DNA of 64,000 nt from Basidiobolus meristosporus CBS 931.73 (Eukaryota > Fungi > Basidiobolomycota), in assembly GCA_002104905.1 (NCBI GenBank), contig MCFE01000434.1, forward strand, positions 11,714-75,713. The letters run 5' to 3'. Of this stretch, positions 49,409-62,500 are shown in pieces. A program made the position numbers and the translations under genes. Below the pieces are notes generated by a model that saw only the letters and a program-made list of their open reading frames with translations, was not told the origin of the DNA and searched no databases. Within the stretch, counting starts at the first letter, position 1. Each line of letters starts with the position of its first letter.

Positions 49409-50177
49409 CTTTCACTCAACTAAATGCTCATACTGACCAGTCCTTATTGTGACCTAAGATATTGAAATTTGTCTCTAGCTAATGGAATGGTAAATATGTC
49501 CGCAATCATCGCATCTGTAGAAGAGTAAAATAACTGAACTAAGTTCTTCTCTATAGCTTCATGAATGAAATAATGTCTGATCTCTATGTGCTTGTATCTA
49601 GCATGAAAAGCAGGATTTTTACTTATTCATATACATCCTTGATTTTCTTAAAATGATCTAATAATTAACTTTTGACATAAGTCAAAGTACTTGAAAGGAG
49701 TTCTTACCCACTTTACTTCTTCTGTAGCCTCACAGGCTGCCATATTTTCTGCTTCTGTTATGGAAAGTGCTACAGTTGGTTGCTTTCTTGAATTCCATGA
49801 TATTGCTGCTTTGCAGTAGAGAAAGGTATAACCTGTTGTGAATCTTCTGTCTTTGGACATTTGTCCCCAACCAGCACCAGAGTATTTCACAAGATCCTGT
49901 TTTGTATTTTTATACTTGTACCTCAAGCAGACATCAGCAGCCTCTTTTTACGCGGCTAAAAGTCTGCTTAACTACTGCAATATGATCAGATCTATAGTTC
50001 TGATTATGCTGGCTGACAACCCTCACCAAATGAGATATCTTGACATGTTCCAAGCATGATATACATCAGACTGCCAGCCATAGGTTGGTAGGGGTATCCT
50101 GGGCTTTAAGGTGGCACCAAGCTCTTTTGATTTGTTTGAGTTTGGACTAAGCTGAGGTTTGTCTCCATTGTGGTAGC

Positions 50178-50526
50178 TGTTGTAAGAGTCTTGGAGATAT
50201 TGGAAGTGATTGGGAGAACAAGTAGATAATGTGGTTTTCACTTAATGATTTATTGAATGTAAAAGTAGTATTTATACTTTTACCAGGTCTTGGCATTACA
50301 AACACATAGAATAGGTTAAGGAAGGTCCCAAGAGCATGTGTGCAAAGTTTGGGGCTGTTTGGACAATTTTGAGAATTTTCATGTTCTGGATACCTGGTAT
50401 TTTGGTGAAAATATTCTAAGTAAATCCCAACAAGGAATTTGGTCAGTATTCTCTAGGATTTGAAGGTAATGATCTAAGTGACTAAGTTAGGTGAATATTT
50501 AGGTGGAAATACAAATTTTTACAACA
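50178..50526 (-). mobile_element. Copia solo LTR with perfect 5-bp target-site duplication GTAGC
   Basis: Ends are TGTTGTAA..TTACAACA. GTAGC lies at 50173-50177 and 50527-50531. Removing the LTR restores the RT peptide KDCKLVATTMETNL. Confidence 0.92.
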
Positions 50527-50553
50527 GTAGCTACCAGTTTACAGTCTTTGAAA

Positions 50554-52470
50554 TGTAGTAAAAAGTTGTAATTGCATCCAAATACTCACCAAGCATGGTC
50601 ACTTAGATCATTACCTACATATCCTAGATAACACTGACCAAATTTTTTGTTAAGATTTACTTAAAATATTTCTACCATGATATCAGGTACAGAGAACATG
50701 AAAATTCTCAATGTAGTCCAAGCAGCCCCATACTTTGCACACATGTTCTTCTAACCTTCCTAAGCCTATTATATGTGCTTGGTATGTCAAGATCATGTAA
50801 TAGTATAAACAATACACTTACACTCAATAAACAATTGAGTGATAACCACAAAATCTACAAGCTCTATAATCACCAGATGGGTGTTGAAGTGCATTTTTTA
50901 ATGGAGAACTTGATGAAGACATTACATGGACCAGCCTGATGGGTTTGCTGACCAAGATTAACCTCAAATGGTTTGCAAGCTTAAAAATCTTTATATGACT
51001 TCAATCAACCATCAAGAGACCGGAATTAAGATATAGATCCTTATTTGGAATCTTTGAGTTTCCTAAGAAGTGCTGCTGACTATAGTATCTAATCTAGGCT
51101 AGACAAAGCAAATGCACTTCTATTGGCACTATATGTTGGTGACCCTGTTATAGCCACCAATAACCAATATACACTGGAAGTTACTGAATCTAGCCTATCT
51201 AAGGAGTCCAAGACATCCAGTCTTGGAAAACTCAGTTACTACTTGGGAATAAAGCTCTCCATAGACAGAAGTACCCAGACTATAACCCCAAGCCAGTCCA
51301 AGTATACTCAAGACTTACACAACAAGTACCAAATGGAAGACTTTATCTGGCAGCAACCTCAATAGAGACAACTCTTGAGTTGTTCAAAACTCAACCAAAT
51401 CAAGAGCACTTAGTGCCATCTGAAAGCTCATAATTCCCTTACCAGTCTATAGTTGGCAGTTTGCTGCATATCATGCTTGGAACTGGTTCAGATATTTTCA
51501 TATTCAGTGGGAGTTGTCAGCTAGCATAGTCAGAACTATTGGCCTGATTATATTGCAGAAATTAAGCAGATTTTTAGATACCTAAAAGAAATTGAGATAT
51601 ATGCTTAAGATTCACCTATAAGGATGCAGAACACAATTTTATGGGATACTCTGCTGCTGATTGGGGACAAAGCTCCAAAGATAGAAGATCCATCACAACA
51701 TACACCTTTGATTACTGTAAAGAAGCAATTTCATGGGAGCCAAGAAAGCAACCAACCATATCACTTTCCACCACAGAGGCAAAGTATATGGCAGCCTATG
51801 TAGCTACAAAAGAAGCAATGTGGCTAAGAAAGCTTGCAAAGACTTAGGCTTATGTCAAATAACACCTATAAATCTATTTCAAGATAATCAAGGATGCATA
51901 CAATCAGGTAGATATCCTACTTTTTGTGCTGGAAGTAAGCACATAGATATTTGGCATCATTTCATATGAGAAGCTATAGAGAATAACTTGGTTGACTTAG
52001 CTTACTGTCTTACTGATGAAATGATTGCAGACATAGTTACCAAACCATTAGCTAGAGACAAATTGGAATATCTTAGGTCATAACTAGCACTAGTCAGTAT
52101 GAGCATTTAGTTGAGTGGGGGTGTTATAAAAGCTTGTCATTACACGTAAATATACACCCAGCTTAGTCACATAGATCTTTACCTACAAATCTAAGAGAAT
52201 ACTGACCAAATTCCTAATAAGGATCTACTATGAGTATTTTCACCAAAATATCAAGTATCTACTTCATAATAATTTTCAAAGTTATCCAAACAGCCCCAGA
52301 CTTTGCACATATGCTCTTGGGACCTTTCTAAGTCTACTCTACATTCTTGTTCAACCAAGAACATGTAAAAGTATAAATACTACTTTTACATTCAACAAAT
52401 CACTAAGTGAAAACCTCATAATCTACTTGTTTTCCCATTCACTGGCAATATCTCCAAGATTCTTACAATG
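50554..52470 (+). mobile_element. Internally deleted copia element C (truncated LTR, RT-RH remnant, PPT, LTR) nested in opposite orientation
   Basis: The LTR from 50554 runs directly into AFLNGELDEDIYMDQPDG. RH reads SKDRRSITTY..STTEAKYMA. PPT TTGAGTGGGGG is followed by LTR 52122-52470. No TSD is recognisable. Confidence 0.8.
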
Positions 52471-53514
52471 CTATCTGTTATCTTTTAAATATATCTTAAG
52501 TAAGCTTGGACTTACTTATGGTGATAGTCAGGGTACTTCTGTCTACAGAGAATTTTATCCTTAAGTAAAAACTGAGCTCTCTGAGATTGGACATCTTGTA
52601 CTCCTTAGATTGACTGGACTTAGTCTCTTGAAATGTTTCTTCAATATTGGTGGCCAAAATGATAGCATCCACATATAGCACTAATAGAACTGGACTTGCT
52701 CTATTGGGCTTACTGTAGATATCACAGCTACCAGAACTACTTTGGAAGCCCAATGATTCAAGTCTTGCTTTGAATCTTTCAGTTATACCATCAGCATTGT
52801 ATTTTATCTTGAAGACCCATCTGTATCCAATTAACTTTTGGTTAATTGGTAATTTAACTAAGTCATGAGTTAGATTATTTATCAGGGTCTAATACTCCTC
52901 AGTCATTGTAGATCTCCCAAGCTTTGTCTTAGGGCTATTTAGGGCCACTTCTACAATTTGGCACTCATCTATAGGGACTGGATTGGCATAGGCCAGGTTG
53001 GTACAATCAGTGGTATGGAAATTTTAGCTATTTCTAATCTGGTTGGATTTCCTGTCCTATGATGTTGGAGTGATCACTTCTGAGATATTCCAGGACACTA
53101 CTTCAGGCTGAGCCACATTAACAAAGTCCTCTGGAGTGAAAAATATTTCATTGTTTTGCTTTGGTTCAATCCTTTATATTTGTGGTTATGTGAATAGATT
53201 TCTGTCATCAATGGATGTCATTTTTTGCAAAAGAATTGAGTTTTCATCAAATAATATATCCTTGGACTTGATCATCTTCATTACTTGGGAATTGTAGAGC
53301 TGGTATGCCTTAACCTCATCACAATAACTCAAAAATATGCATTCAACACTTTTTGGCTTAAATCTTTACTCATTTCTAGGTAGTTTCTTGGCTTATGCTG
53401 CACAACAAAGTATTCTTGGGTGCTCTGCATTTGGCCTGTATCTATGCCATGCTTCAGATGGAGTAGAATCACAAAGCATCTTGCCATAACTTCTATTTTG
53501 AGATATGCAGCTGC

Positions 53515-54017
53515 TGTTAAGAATAGACACAAGGCAGGAGGAAAAGCTAGGCATGGCAGGAAAGGACTTAGGTGTGGACCATCAAGGCAAGGCTGTTTAT
53601 TCAAGACCTGTGTTTATCAGACTGAGGAATACTTCAGGGGGGATAGGACTATATATACTTTTTGGTTATACTGATGCCAAGAGATATTGGCTAATACTAA
53701 TGGGGTTGTGGGGTAAGGCACAGCAATGTGCTGGGGATAATAATATAGAAGGCAAGGCACTGAGACAGGATGGGGAAATGGATTGGGTCACCTGATCATG
53801 TGACTAAGTCATGTGACCTGGTATTTCCATATATGGTACTGGACTATGAAAAACATGATGGGAAGCTTCCATGGAATGCTCCATTTTGTAACAAGGGTTT
53901 GGAATGGTCAGGAACTTTCTGGAAGGTGGTAGAAGGTTCCAGAAGAAATCTCTTAGAAATTGAGCTAGGAAGCTGAAACTTGGCATGGGTGTTCATGGTT
54001 GTCATGTGATCATGACA
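53515..54017. mobile_element. Solo LTR-like insertion of a different family (503 bp) inside the copia integrase
   Basis: Has TGTTA..TGACA ends flanked by GCTGC/GCGGC (4 of 5 match). Removing it restores FWMESVAAAAYLK. Confidence 0.75.
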
Positions 54018-57000
54018 GCGGCAGCAACTGATTCCATCCAAAATGAAAGCAAAATCTTGATCACTAGTCATGTATCTTGCAATGTCAGTTATTGATCAGT
54101 TTACCCATTCTGCAACTTCATTTTGCTGAGGGGAGTATGGTACTGCAGTCTCTTGCTGTATTCCATGAATTTGCAGCATTGGATGAAGTGCTCTGGGTAC
54201 ATTCTCCACCATTGTTGTAGCATTTTTATTTGACTTTTCACCAGTTTCTCTCTTCACCATGGTTTTAAGCTCCCAGAGCTTAGCTGGTGCTTCTCTCTTT
54301 CTTTCTATGAAGTAGAGCCAAGCATAACCTGTCCAGTATCAATCAATGTGACCAGATACTTCATGCAACCAAAGGATAAATCTCACTTAGTCCACATAAG
54401 TTTAAGTGAATTAGATCTAATTTTATCTTAGTATTGAGTAATCTCAAGCTCTTGAATGGTTATTTGGCTTATTTCCCATATTTGCAGGCTTCACAGGGCT
54501 CCAAATTAGCAGGGGGATCAACTTTTACTCTGGAAATTTGCTGATCTTTGATCATGTTGGGCAAATATATAAAATGAGGCATCCAAATTTGCTGTGCCAA
54601 GTCATTGGTGTTTCTTCACTTAAGCTACTTATATTGACCTCCAGATATGGTGGGATATAAGTTAACTTGTTGAGATCCTGATCTCTGATACCCAAGGCAA
54701 TACGGGCACTGTTTTGATTGGTGACCCTGCATCCTGAATTGTCAAAACTAAAACTAAGTCCTTCTGCTGTTGCCTTGTTTACCACTGGTAGATTCTTGGC
54801 TATTTCTGGTACATAAAGTGTTTTTTGGAAGGTAAGTGTGTGGTATCCTCCACTGCTTCTTAGGTTTACTTGAATAGTTCCTGCTCCAACTGCATCAAGT
54901 GTTCCCTATGCTAAATATTTGTGATAATCCTGTCAAAAGGTCATCCCAAAATCAAAATCCTGTGATTAAGTGGTATTAATCCCATTCAGAAACTGTCAAA
55001 ATCATAAAAAAAATTGCACCTGAGATTTCAAAAAAAAACTTGGTCAGAATTTTTCATTACAACAATAAATAAAGGGCTTTTAATTGGTTTGCTGCCAACT
55101 CTCTCATTTCCTGTTCCTGGAGACTCAATCACCTCCAACATTTGTATTCATTGATTGGTTATTGTCTCTTTTTCACACTCCTCACTTCATTGCTGGTCAA
55201 TGATCTTACTTATTATGCATTCAAATTGGTTTATTGCCATTGAAACCTCAGTTGTAACTCCATTGCAAATTGTACTGATCTATACAAGTCCCTATACTCA
55301 GCACTTACATTAAGCTAACCCCCACACTCAAAAAGTAACTACATTGAAACCCACCACTTGGTAAATATTCCTGCTTCAGTGCCTATTTTCCACAACTTTA
55401 GTGGTAACACTATGAAATTATGACATTGTTCATTCACTGGTTCCCATATGTCCTGGTCTTCAGCTAGCACTGCAAGGTCTAGCACTTCATCTGCCAGCCC
55501 TTGCAATTAATCCTTGCAATATTCAAGTGTGTTTTCTTGAACCCTGCTATTGTAGAAGTGCAGCAACCTCATGGTGTGCCTATTAATGTTCTAAAATTCC
55601 ACTGTAGTGTTTGTGATAATTTTCTGAGTTCTTGACTTTGTTACTCTGTCTGCCAATAGGATCTCTCTATATCTACAATGGAGGATGTGGTGGTGGTGGT
55701 AGACAAACTGCCTTTCTCTGCAAGCTCATCTACCTCACTGGAGTGTAGCTTAACAGGCTATGCTTCCAGCTCTAGTAAAAGCAGTGGTTGTTTTGCTGGT
55801 AATTCTTCTTGGCTATTTTAGGTTTCAGCCTGCCATGGGCTGACATCACTGATTGGTGAGAGCTGTAACTTTTTTCTTGTGCTTCCCTGTCTCTGGCTTA
55901 GGTAAGCTTTTCTTTCTTTACCTTAACATTCATCACTGCAAAGTCTTTCATTGATACATTGACTGAGTGCTTCTTATATTACACTACATCTTCTACTTGC
56001 TATATGCTGCACTGGTGCATTTGTTTCTGTCTGCTTGTCCCTCACTGACACTCTTCTGGCTACCTGACATTTCTTTGCTAGCTATTTGAGCTTTCAGCCC
56101 TGCATGTAACAGGCACTTGAGGAAATGGCTGATTTTTAGCCATGGTACCCATGTACTTCTGCCTTTGCTAGTTTATACTATTCTTGAGATACTTTCTTAG
56201 CATACCACTGCTAGTCTAAATCTGCTTGCTTGCTTTGATCCAGGATAAAGCTGATGAGGCAGATCAAGTGCATTCTTCTTGGCCTTCAGTCCCTGATAGT
56301 CATATGGCATGCTGGCCTTAAGGTGATGCAATGCTAGATTTCTTACAACCTCTTGTATATTAGCTCACTCATGATTAATGCATGCTGGAGCATCACAGAT
56401 CTTCAGTATCTTTTGATTTTAAGGCTTTGTTATAAAGATCACAGTGTCTCTCTCCCATGCTGTGATAGGTTCTCTTATGGACTTTGAAACACAGCAACCA
56501 TGCTCAAAGATAAAGACTGCACAGTGCTCCTCTGCTGATACATTAGGAAGTGGCTCAATTTGGGTGTGTGGCATTAAGCTACTTGAGTTGCCTCCATGCA
56601 GACTGAATCCTGCTTGCTCTACCTAGGATATTGATTACTCTCATGCATTGCCTGCTCAACCTGTCTCTGGTCTATTTCCTAATTTCTCCAGGCCATTGCA
56701 TCTATCCTATTTGCCACTGCATCTAATTGCATCATTAATGCTTTAGTATGAACTGACAACATACTTGCTAATACTGGTGGTGGTGATGTTATGATGGCCA
56801 TTTGCTGGTCCTCCAGTGGAGGTACTGCATTTGCTGCATTCTTGTATGCCTGAGTATAATGATCAGCTTGCAGCTCTGCAGAGATTCCCATTTACCTTCT
56901 TGACAGTTAGCCTGTGGAGTCTGCATCATAACCTTTAGTGCACATACTGTTGAAATGGCCTTATTTGGATATAGCTGCACTTGTTGCACTGAATATAAAA

Positions 57001-57999
57001 GCAAGCTGTTGTCCAACTGTTTTTCAGCTGTTGTTTGCAGGGGTGCTTAGTTGGAAACCAAATGACATTGCTTTACTTTTTGGCAGCATATATACAGAAG
57101 AGGGTCAAACTAAAGGGGAAACAGTGCAACAGGTACATGTGTATGTGATGCCACAAATATATTTATGATGCATACCATGATGGGTCACTATTGAATCTTA
57201 CACTCATATACATGTAGTGTCTCAAATGCAAGATTGTTGTAAACTCATATGAGCATTGTCAAAAAAGTGATATAAAGCTTTCCATTGTTGAGTGTCAAGA
57301 TGCTTGCCCCATCAATTAGACTACTCTAATTCAATGCAATATCAGAAGGGAAACAAAGTCCATGCAGCTTTTGTACCCAGCCTCTCAACCATGAAGCATG
57401 CAGACAGCATAGGAAGTGTTACAAGGATCTTGGCCTGTGTTTTACCACTCAAGTTATATTTGATCATTTATCAATCACTACCCTACCAGCAATGTCCTGT
57501 TGATACTTGATACATTTATAACAACATGCAGCCATACTACTATCCTGCACAAACTGAGTCAGGTATGTTTGTGACACCCTTAGCTCACCTCAGCCTTCTG
57601 ATGATGGCCTTCAGAGCTATAGTTCTGAATAAATTGGCACACTTATGGACTGTGGGTCAACTTCCCCACACAACAATACTATGCATGAGACCAGCAAAAT
57701 CCTAATATGCATCAGCCAACAACTGAGAAAAAAATGCCAGGGCTACTTGCTATAGCCAAGGGAGCCCAGTGTTTCATTTATTGGCAAATGATGCATTGTT
57801 GTGGCTAGAGAAGCAGCATGGTTCCACCAAAACTAGTGATTAGGGCTTTAGAACTTACTGCTCCTTATTGCCTAAATCATACCAGTATGCAATTAAGCAT
57901 GTATATAATATAATGGACAGTCATCATGCAGCTGGCAGCATGTGACCTAGAGACTGTCCTGATACTCCCATGCGTTAACAGTTGCATGGCATTCACAGC

Positions 58000-59188
58000 A
58001 AAAATGCCACCATTTCAAGGTGTCCAACAGAGCAAGAATTTACCACCATAGAAGGAAAACATTGCTAACAATCCAGATGTAATCCAGTGATACCCAATTA
58101 AAGAAGCTCATGCAGTCTGACAAATATTGTGAAGCTATAAATATAGTATTCTATATCAATCAAGCAGGAGCATTTCCAATATGCTTGATAGCAAACATCA
58201 CAAACAGCTAAGGAGCAAGGGCCAACTTGAGGGTATGTATTACCATGCCTTAGCAATGGCACATAATAGATTTCATTAAACAACTACTCTACCAGCAAAT
58301 CCTGCTGGCCACAGATTCTCATTAACCTGAATCTGCTACCCATCTTACAGCACCAGAGACAAAATCTGATGGTAGTCTCACTGGTATCTGGGCCTAAATC
58401 ACCACCCAACCTTGATAGCTACTTTGTCTGTCCACTTACTCTGATCAACCTGAATCTGATTGTAATCATATGGTATCAAAGCAAAAATATGATGGTAGTC
58501 TTGTTGATATCTGGGCATAGATCACTGACCAGCTTGGATAGCTACCTGTCTCCATTGCTGGATAGGTATTGTGTGCTATCCAGCAAGATACTAGTAAATG
58601 GCATACATGTAAAAGTACATATTATTACATATATAAAAGATACCTGAGCTATGAGCAAGATAGCAGGCATTTTGGGGCACAATGGATGGTACTTTTGTTG
58701 AATGTATGAGATCCAGAGGATTTACTCCATATTGAGTACACAAAATTAATAGCCCAACACCAACACCAAGAACATCATCATCACACAGAGAAAATGTATA
58801 GAAGTCAGCATGCAATTGCAGCAATGCTGCAGAGCTATCAGCCATTTGCCAGAACATGGAGTTAATCAAAACTGCAGATCCTTAAAATAGCAGCAATCAG
58901 TTAGAGCAAAAGATTTCCACTGGGAGCAATGCATTGTGCCTCAACAATATCCCAATATGGAAGACCAAACTGTACATAGTGCAGCTCAAACTAAATGTGC
59001 TCTTAGAGATACTGGAGAGATTGAAAGAACTGGCAAGATATTATAGAGTAACTGCTACCAGAGGTATATCTCACAGGCTCCAATCAATTTTCATTTCCAA
59101 ATATAATAATACTAATGCGAGAACTGGATCAGCCTAATGTGTATTTATTCAAGTGGCATTCTGAAGAGAATATTGTGTGAGTACTCAA
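58000..59188 (+). mobile_element. Degraded CACTA/En-Spm (Transposase_21-like) transposase remnant
   Basis: Remnants KSCWPQILINLNLLP, LMVVSLVSGPKSPPNLDSY and VHIITYIKDT*AMSKIAGILGHNGWYFC resemble the family motifs WPxxLxNxNLPP, IPGPKxPxDLDSFL and GDxPAxAKxxGxxGHNxxxxC. Confidence 0.65.
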
Positions 59189-59563
59189 TGTAGTACCCAC
59201 TCTTTGCCCAAGAGTTCTCCCAAGAGTTCCCTCCAGAGTCCTACCCAAAGTCCTCCAGTACCCTCCCTATGATTCCCCCACGCGTCCTCCCCTCCTATCC
59301 CTGCCCTTATCTAGTTAGAACACTTACCATAACAGGAATGTGTTCACACCCCTATTTTATAACACATTGTCTATTGTCTAAGCCCCCCCCAAGTGATATA
59401 TATATCTACCCAATTGAACCAGGAAGAACAATGAGATTTGGACGAAATAAACAGAAGTCTTTATTACCTTGCTACCTTCTATCGGAAGCTATTCTGAACC
59501 AAGTGGTACTGACTTGACCTACAAGCTCTCCCACTCACCAAGTACAGTCAGTAATAACCCACA
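59189..59563 (+). repeat. 5' LTR of the Ty3/gypsy element (5' edge approximate)
   Basis: TGTAGT..CCCACA containing TATATA and AATAAA, followed after 4 nt by a PBS. An alternative start at 59174 is possible. Confidence 0.7.
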
Positions 59564-59567
59564 TATT

Positions 59568-59579
59568 TGGTGCCGTCTC
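59568..59579 (+). other. Primer-binding site TGGTGCCGTCTC, tRNA-His-like
   Basis: Begins with TGG (complement of CCA) just after the LTR. TGGTGCC matches the 3' end of eukaryotic tRNA-His; the primer identity is inferred. Confidence 0.6.
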
Positions 59580-62500
59580 TGCGGAAATAAGCACAAGGGA
59601 GGTAATGACTACTACAATCAAACTAAAAACATACAAGGGAAAGAGAGAGAAAGCCCTTGAGTGGTTTGATAAGTTTGAGAGAGTTGCGGTTGATGCAGGA
59701 TGGGACGACAATAAGAAAGTAAGAGAGTTTGCAAGACATATGGAAGGGTCAGCATGGCGATGGCATTATGGGTTGGAAGACGCAGTCAAAGACAACTGGG
59801 ATGCACTAGAAGAAGCCTACAAGACACGCTTTCTATATGCCAAAGGATACCACTACAAAGCCCTTCTACTGTCCTCGCGGAAGAAAAGCAGTGAAAGCTA
59901 TGAAGCCTACACTGAACTATTTCTCCAACAAGTTTGATGTCTCCCAAAGGACAAAATCGCCAAACGACAGCTCATGAGGTATTACATCATGGGCTTAGAC
60001 GACAAAATAAGACGTAGGGTGTCCGAAGAACAACAGGGATGTAAAACATTGCAAGAGTTGGTCAAATGAGTACAAGGGGTCATCTTGCTATGGGGGCTAC
60101 CCTATAGTGATACGAATGATCAAAGGACAGGGATCCCCCGTAAGAAAGGAAAAATCGCCTCCCCAAAAGACTGTGAGTTAGAGGAATTACGGCGAAAGGT
60201 CCAAGAACTCTCGATCAACAATGTCCAAGAAGTCCCCAAAGAAGGTGATAAACTCTGGGAAGCTGTCGTAGATCTAAAGGCCCAGGTTCAAGTCCTGACC
60301 CAACAGATGGAACAACCGCAACAACAGTATCCGTGTTATGTGTGTGGAGAAGTAGGTCACCAGGCCCATGAATGTGAAAAACGGTACGGAAGAGAAGCCG
60401 TACCGGACACAAAAGAGAAGAAGGCGTCAAAAGACAGAGTCCCTTGCCAGGAGGCCAACGGGACTCAGTCAATCTAAGCCCTCCGGTCAGGACAATTGAA
60501 GTGCGGAAGAAGAAGCGTCGACATGATGCTTCTAGAGAGGAGGCAAAGGAACCTGTAGTAGAGGTTCCGTCAAAAGGAAAGAGCGCGGAATTAGGTGAAG
60601 AAGTACGGAATGAACCTTGGGAAGAAGTGTTAAAACGAACAAAGAACACTAGCACGTCTTCCCATGGCCTATTCCCCATAATGAAGGTACTAGAGCAAAC
60701 CAAGGCAACCCTCCCAATAACCAATTTACTGGGACTGGCCCCGGCTCTAGTCAAGGAACTGATAGAGGGATTGAAGGAGATAACGACCCTCCATGTCAAC
60801 CAGACGGTCCTGCAAAAACCAAATAAAGGTACATACGTAAAGGTATGTATAGAGAATAAGGAGATTCTTGCCCTTATCGACACAGGATCCTCTACGTTGA
60901 TCATGTCAGAGTCATTAGCAAAACGTCTAAAACTAAATATAGTCCCCAACAACACCATTCGAGTATGGCTAGCAAATGACCAACTGGATACAACGGTAGG
61001 TGTGGTGCCTAATTGCCCCATTTGGCTAGGCAACTTGATAATACGCCAAGATGTTGTGGTCCTACCCGTCGCAGCCAACGACTTACTCATTGGCAAGAGT
61101 TGGTTTATCCAACATAAGATGGATATACTTTACAGTGCATCTGAACTCAGGTGGAATACCAAGAGTATCCCACTGATTCATATCACCGATGAGAGCAAGG
61201 CGCGTAGCAACAGTGTGACAATCAAAGAGGTGAAACCGTCGCAGTCTCCGATCATCACACAAAAGGTGATAAAAATACCACCCGCCAGTGAGACGGTGAT
61301 CTCATTAGAAACACCAATAGCTTATTCAACAAGCGGAAGAATGATAACCGCAGCAAAAGCATCCAAGCAACTGGAAGGAATCTTGATCCCTAAAGTATGG
61401 ATACCACCGAAATTTGAAACGCAAAGCCTGAAATGCTTAGTGGTTAACAACGGGCGACACACGGTGACATTGCCTAGAGGAGTGCCATTGTTAAACTTAG
61501 AGGAAGTCAACGGAAATGACCAAGGACCACCTCCAAATGAAGAACCAGAAGAAGAACTCCCCAAACTAGATGTGGATCCCGGTCTACCGCCTACGTTACA
61601 AGACAAATTCCTAGAAGGAATACATCCGCTTGCCCAAGTATTCTCTAAGAACCAAGTAATTGGTCATATACCTGGGGTATATCACCAAATCCACCTCGCC
61701 AACAAATACCCCATCAAGCAAAAAGCCTATAGGAATTTGAAAATTGACACAGACTATATCAAAGAGACGATTGAAACTTTATTAAAAGACGACATCATTA
61801 CAGAGAGCCAGTCTCCGTGGGCCTCCCCCGTAGTGATAGTCCTGAAGAAAGATGGAAAGCAACGTTTTTGCATCAACTACCGGAAATTGAACGCCGTCAC
61901 CCGGAAGGACGTGTATCCGCTACCGCAAATAGACAACCTCTTGGACAGATTAATTGGAGCTAAATATTTTAGCTCTCTTGACTTAATCTCCAGGTATTGG
62001 CAAGTAGAAGTAGCCCCGGAAGATTGACCCAAAACCGCTTTTATAACATCGTTTGGATTATACAAATGGAACCGACTACCCTTTGGCTTGTGCAATGCCC
62101 CCGCTACGTTCCAAAGGATGATCGACAAGGTGCTAGGAAATCTACGATGGGAATGCGCCCTCGTGTATCTGGACGACATCACAATATATTCCCCCGATGT
62201 AGAAGAACATATACACGACGTGCAACGTATCCTGACATCCCTCCTTGAGAACCAACTCAAACTACATCCCAAGAAGTGCCATTTCCTGTATACAAAATTG
62301 TTGTTCCTGGGCCACGAGATCTCGGCAGATGGAATATACCCATCTACGTCACTCCTGAAAGCCGTTCAAAATGCACCTGCACCAAAGGACATTAATGCAG
62401 TGTTGGGATTCCTAGGATTAGCCGGCTACTATTGCCGCTTTGTCAAAAACTTTGCGACGATAGCAGCCCCCCTATACAAATTGATGCGAAAGGGCCAGTG

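Larger units (their letters stand above)
49062..55100 (-). mobile_element. Degraded Ty1/copia host element (3' LTR, RH, RT, IN, GAG-pre-IN, PR) carrying three nested insertions
   Basis: 3' LTR 49062-49408 with PPT TTGAGTGAAAG. RH reads ISWNSRKQPTVALSITEAE, RT reads LVLYVDAIILA, the IN C-terminus reads FKPKSVECIFLSY, and the pre-IN region reads LYVPEIAKNL. The left boundary of gag is unclear. Confidence 0.8.

Noticed and set aside
50549-52475. Target-site duplication for element C
   Set aside because: The flanks TGAAA and CTATC do not match, and the two LTRs are quite diverged. C may be chimeric.
60400-60477. Programmed -1 frameshift between gag and pol
   Set aside because: The frames do overlap in -1, but I saw no X XXY YYZ slippery heptamer, and the element already carries decay mutations, so an indel is equally likely.
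60215-61096. 293-aa ORF antisense to gypsy gag/pol
   Set aside because: The A-rich sense strand makes antisense stops rare, and the product is low-complexity with no motifs.
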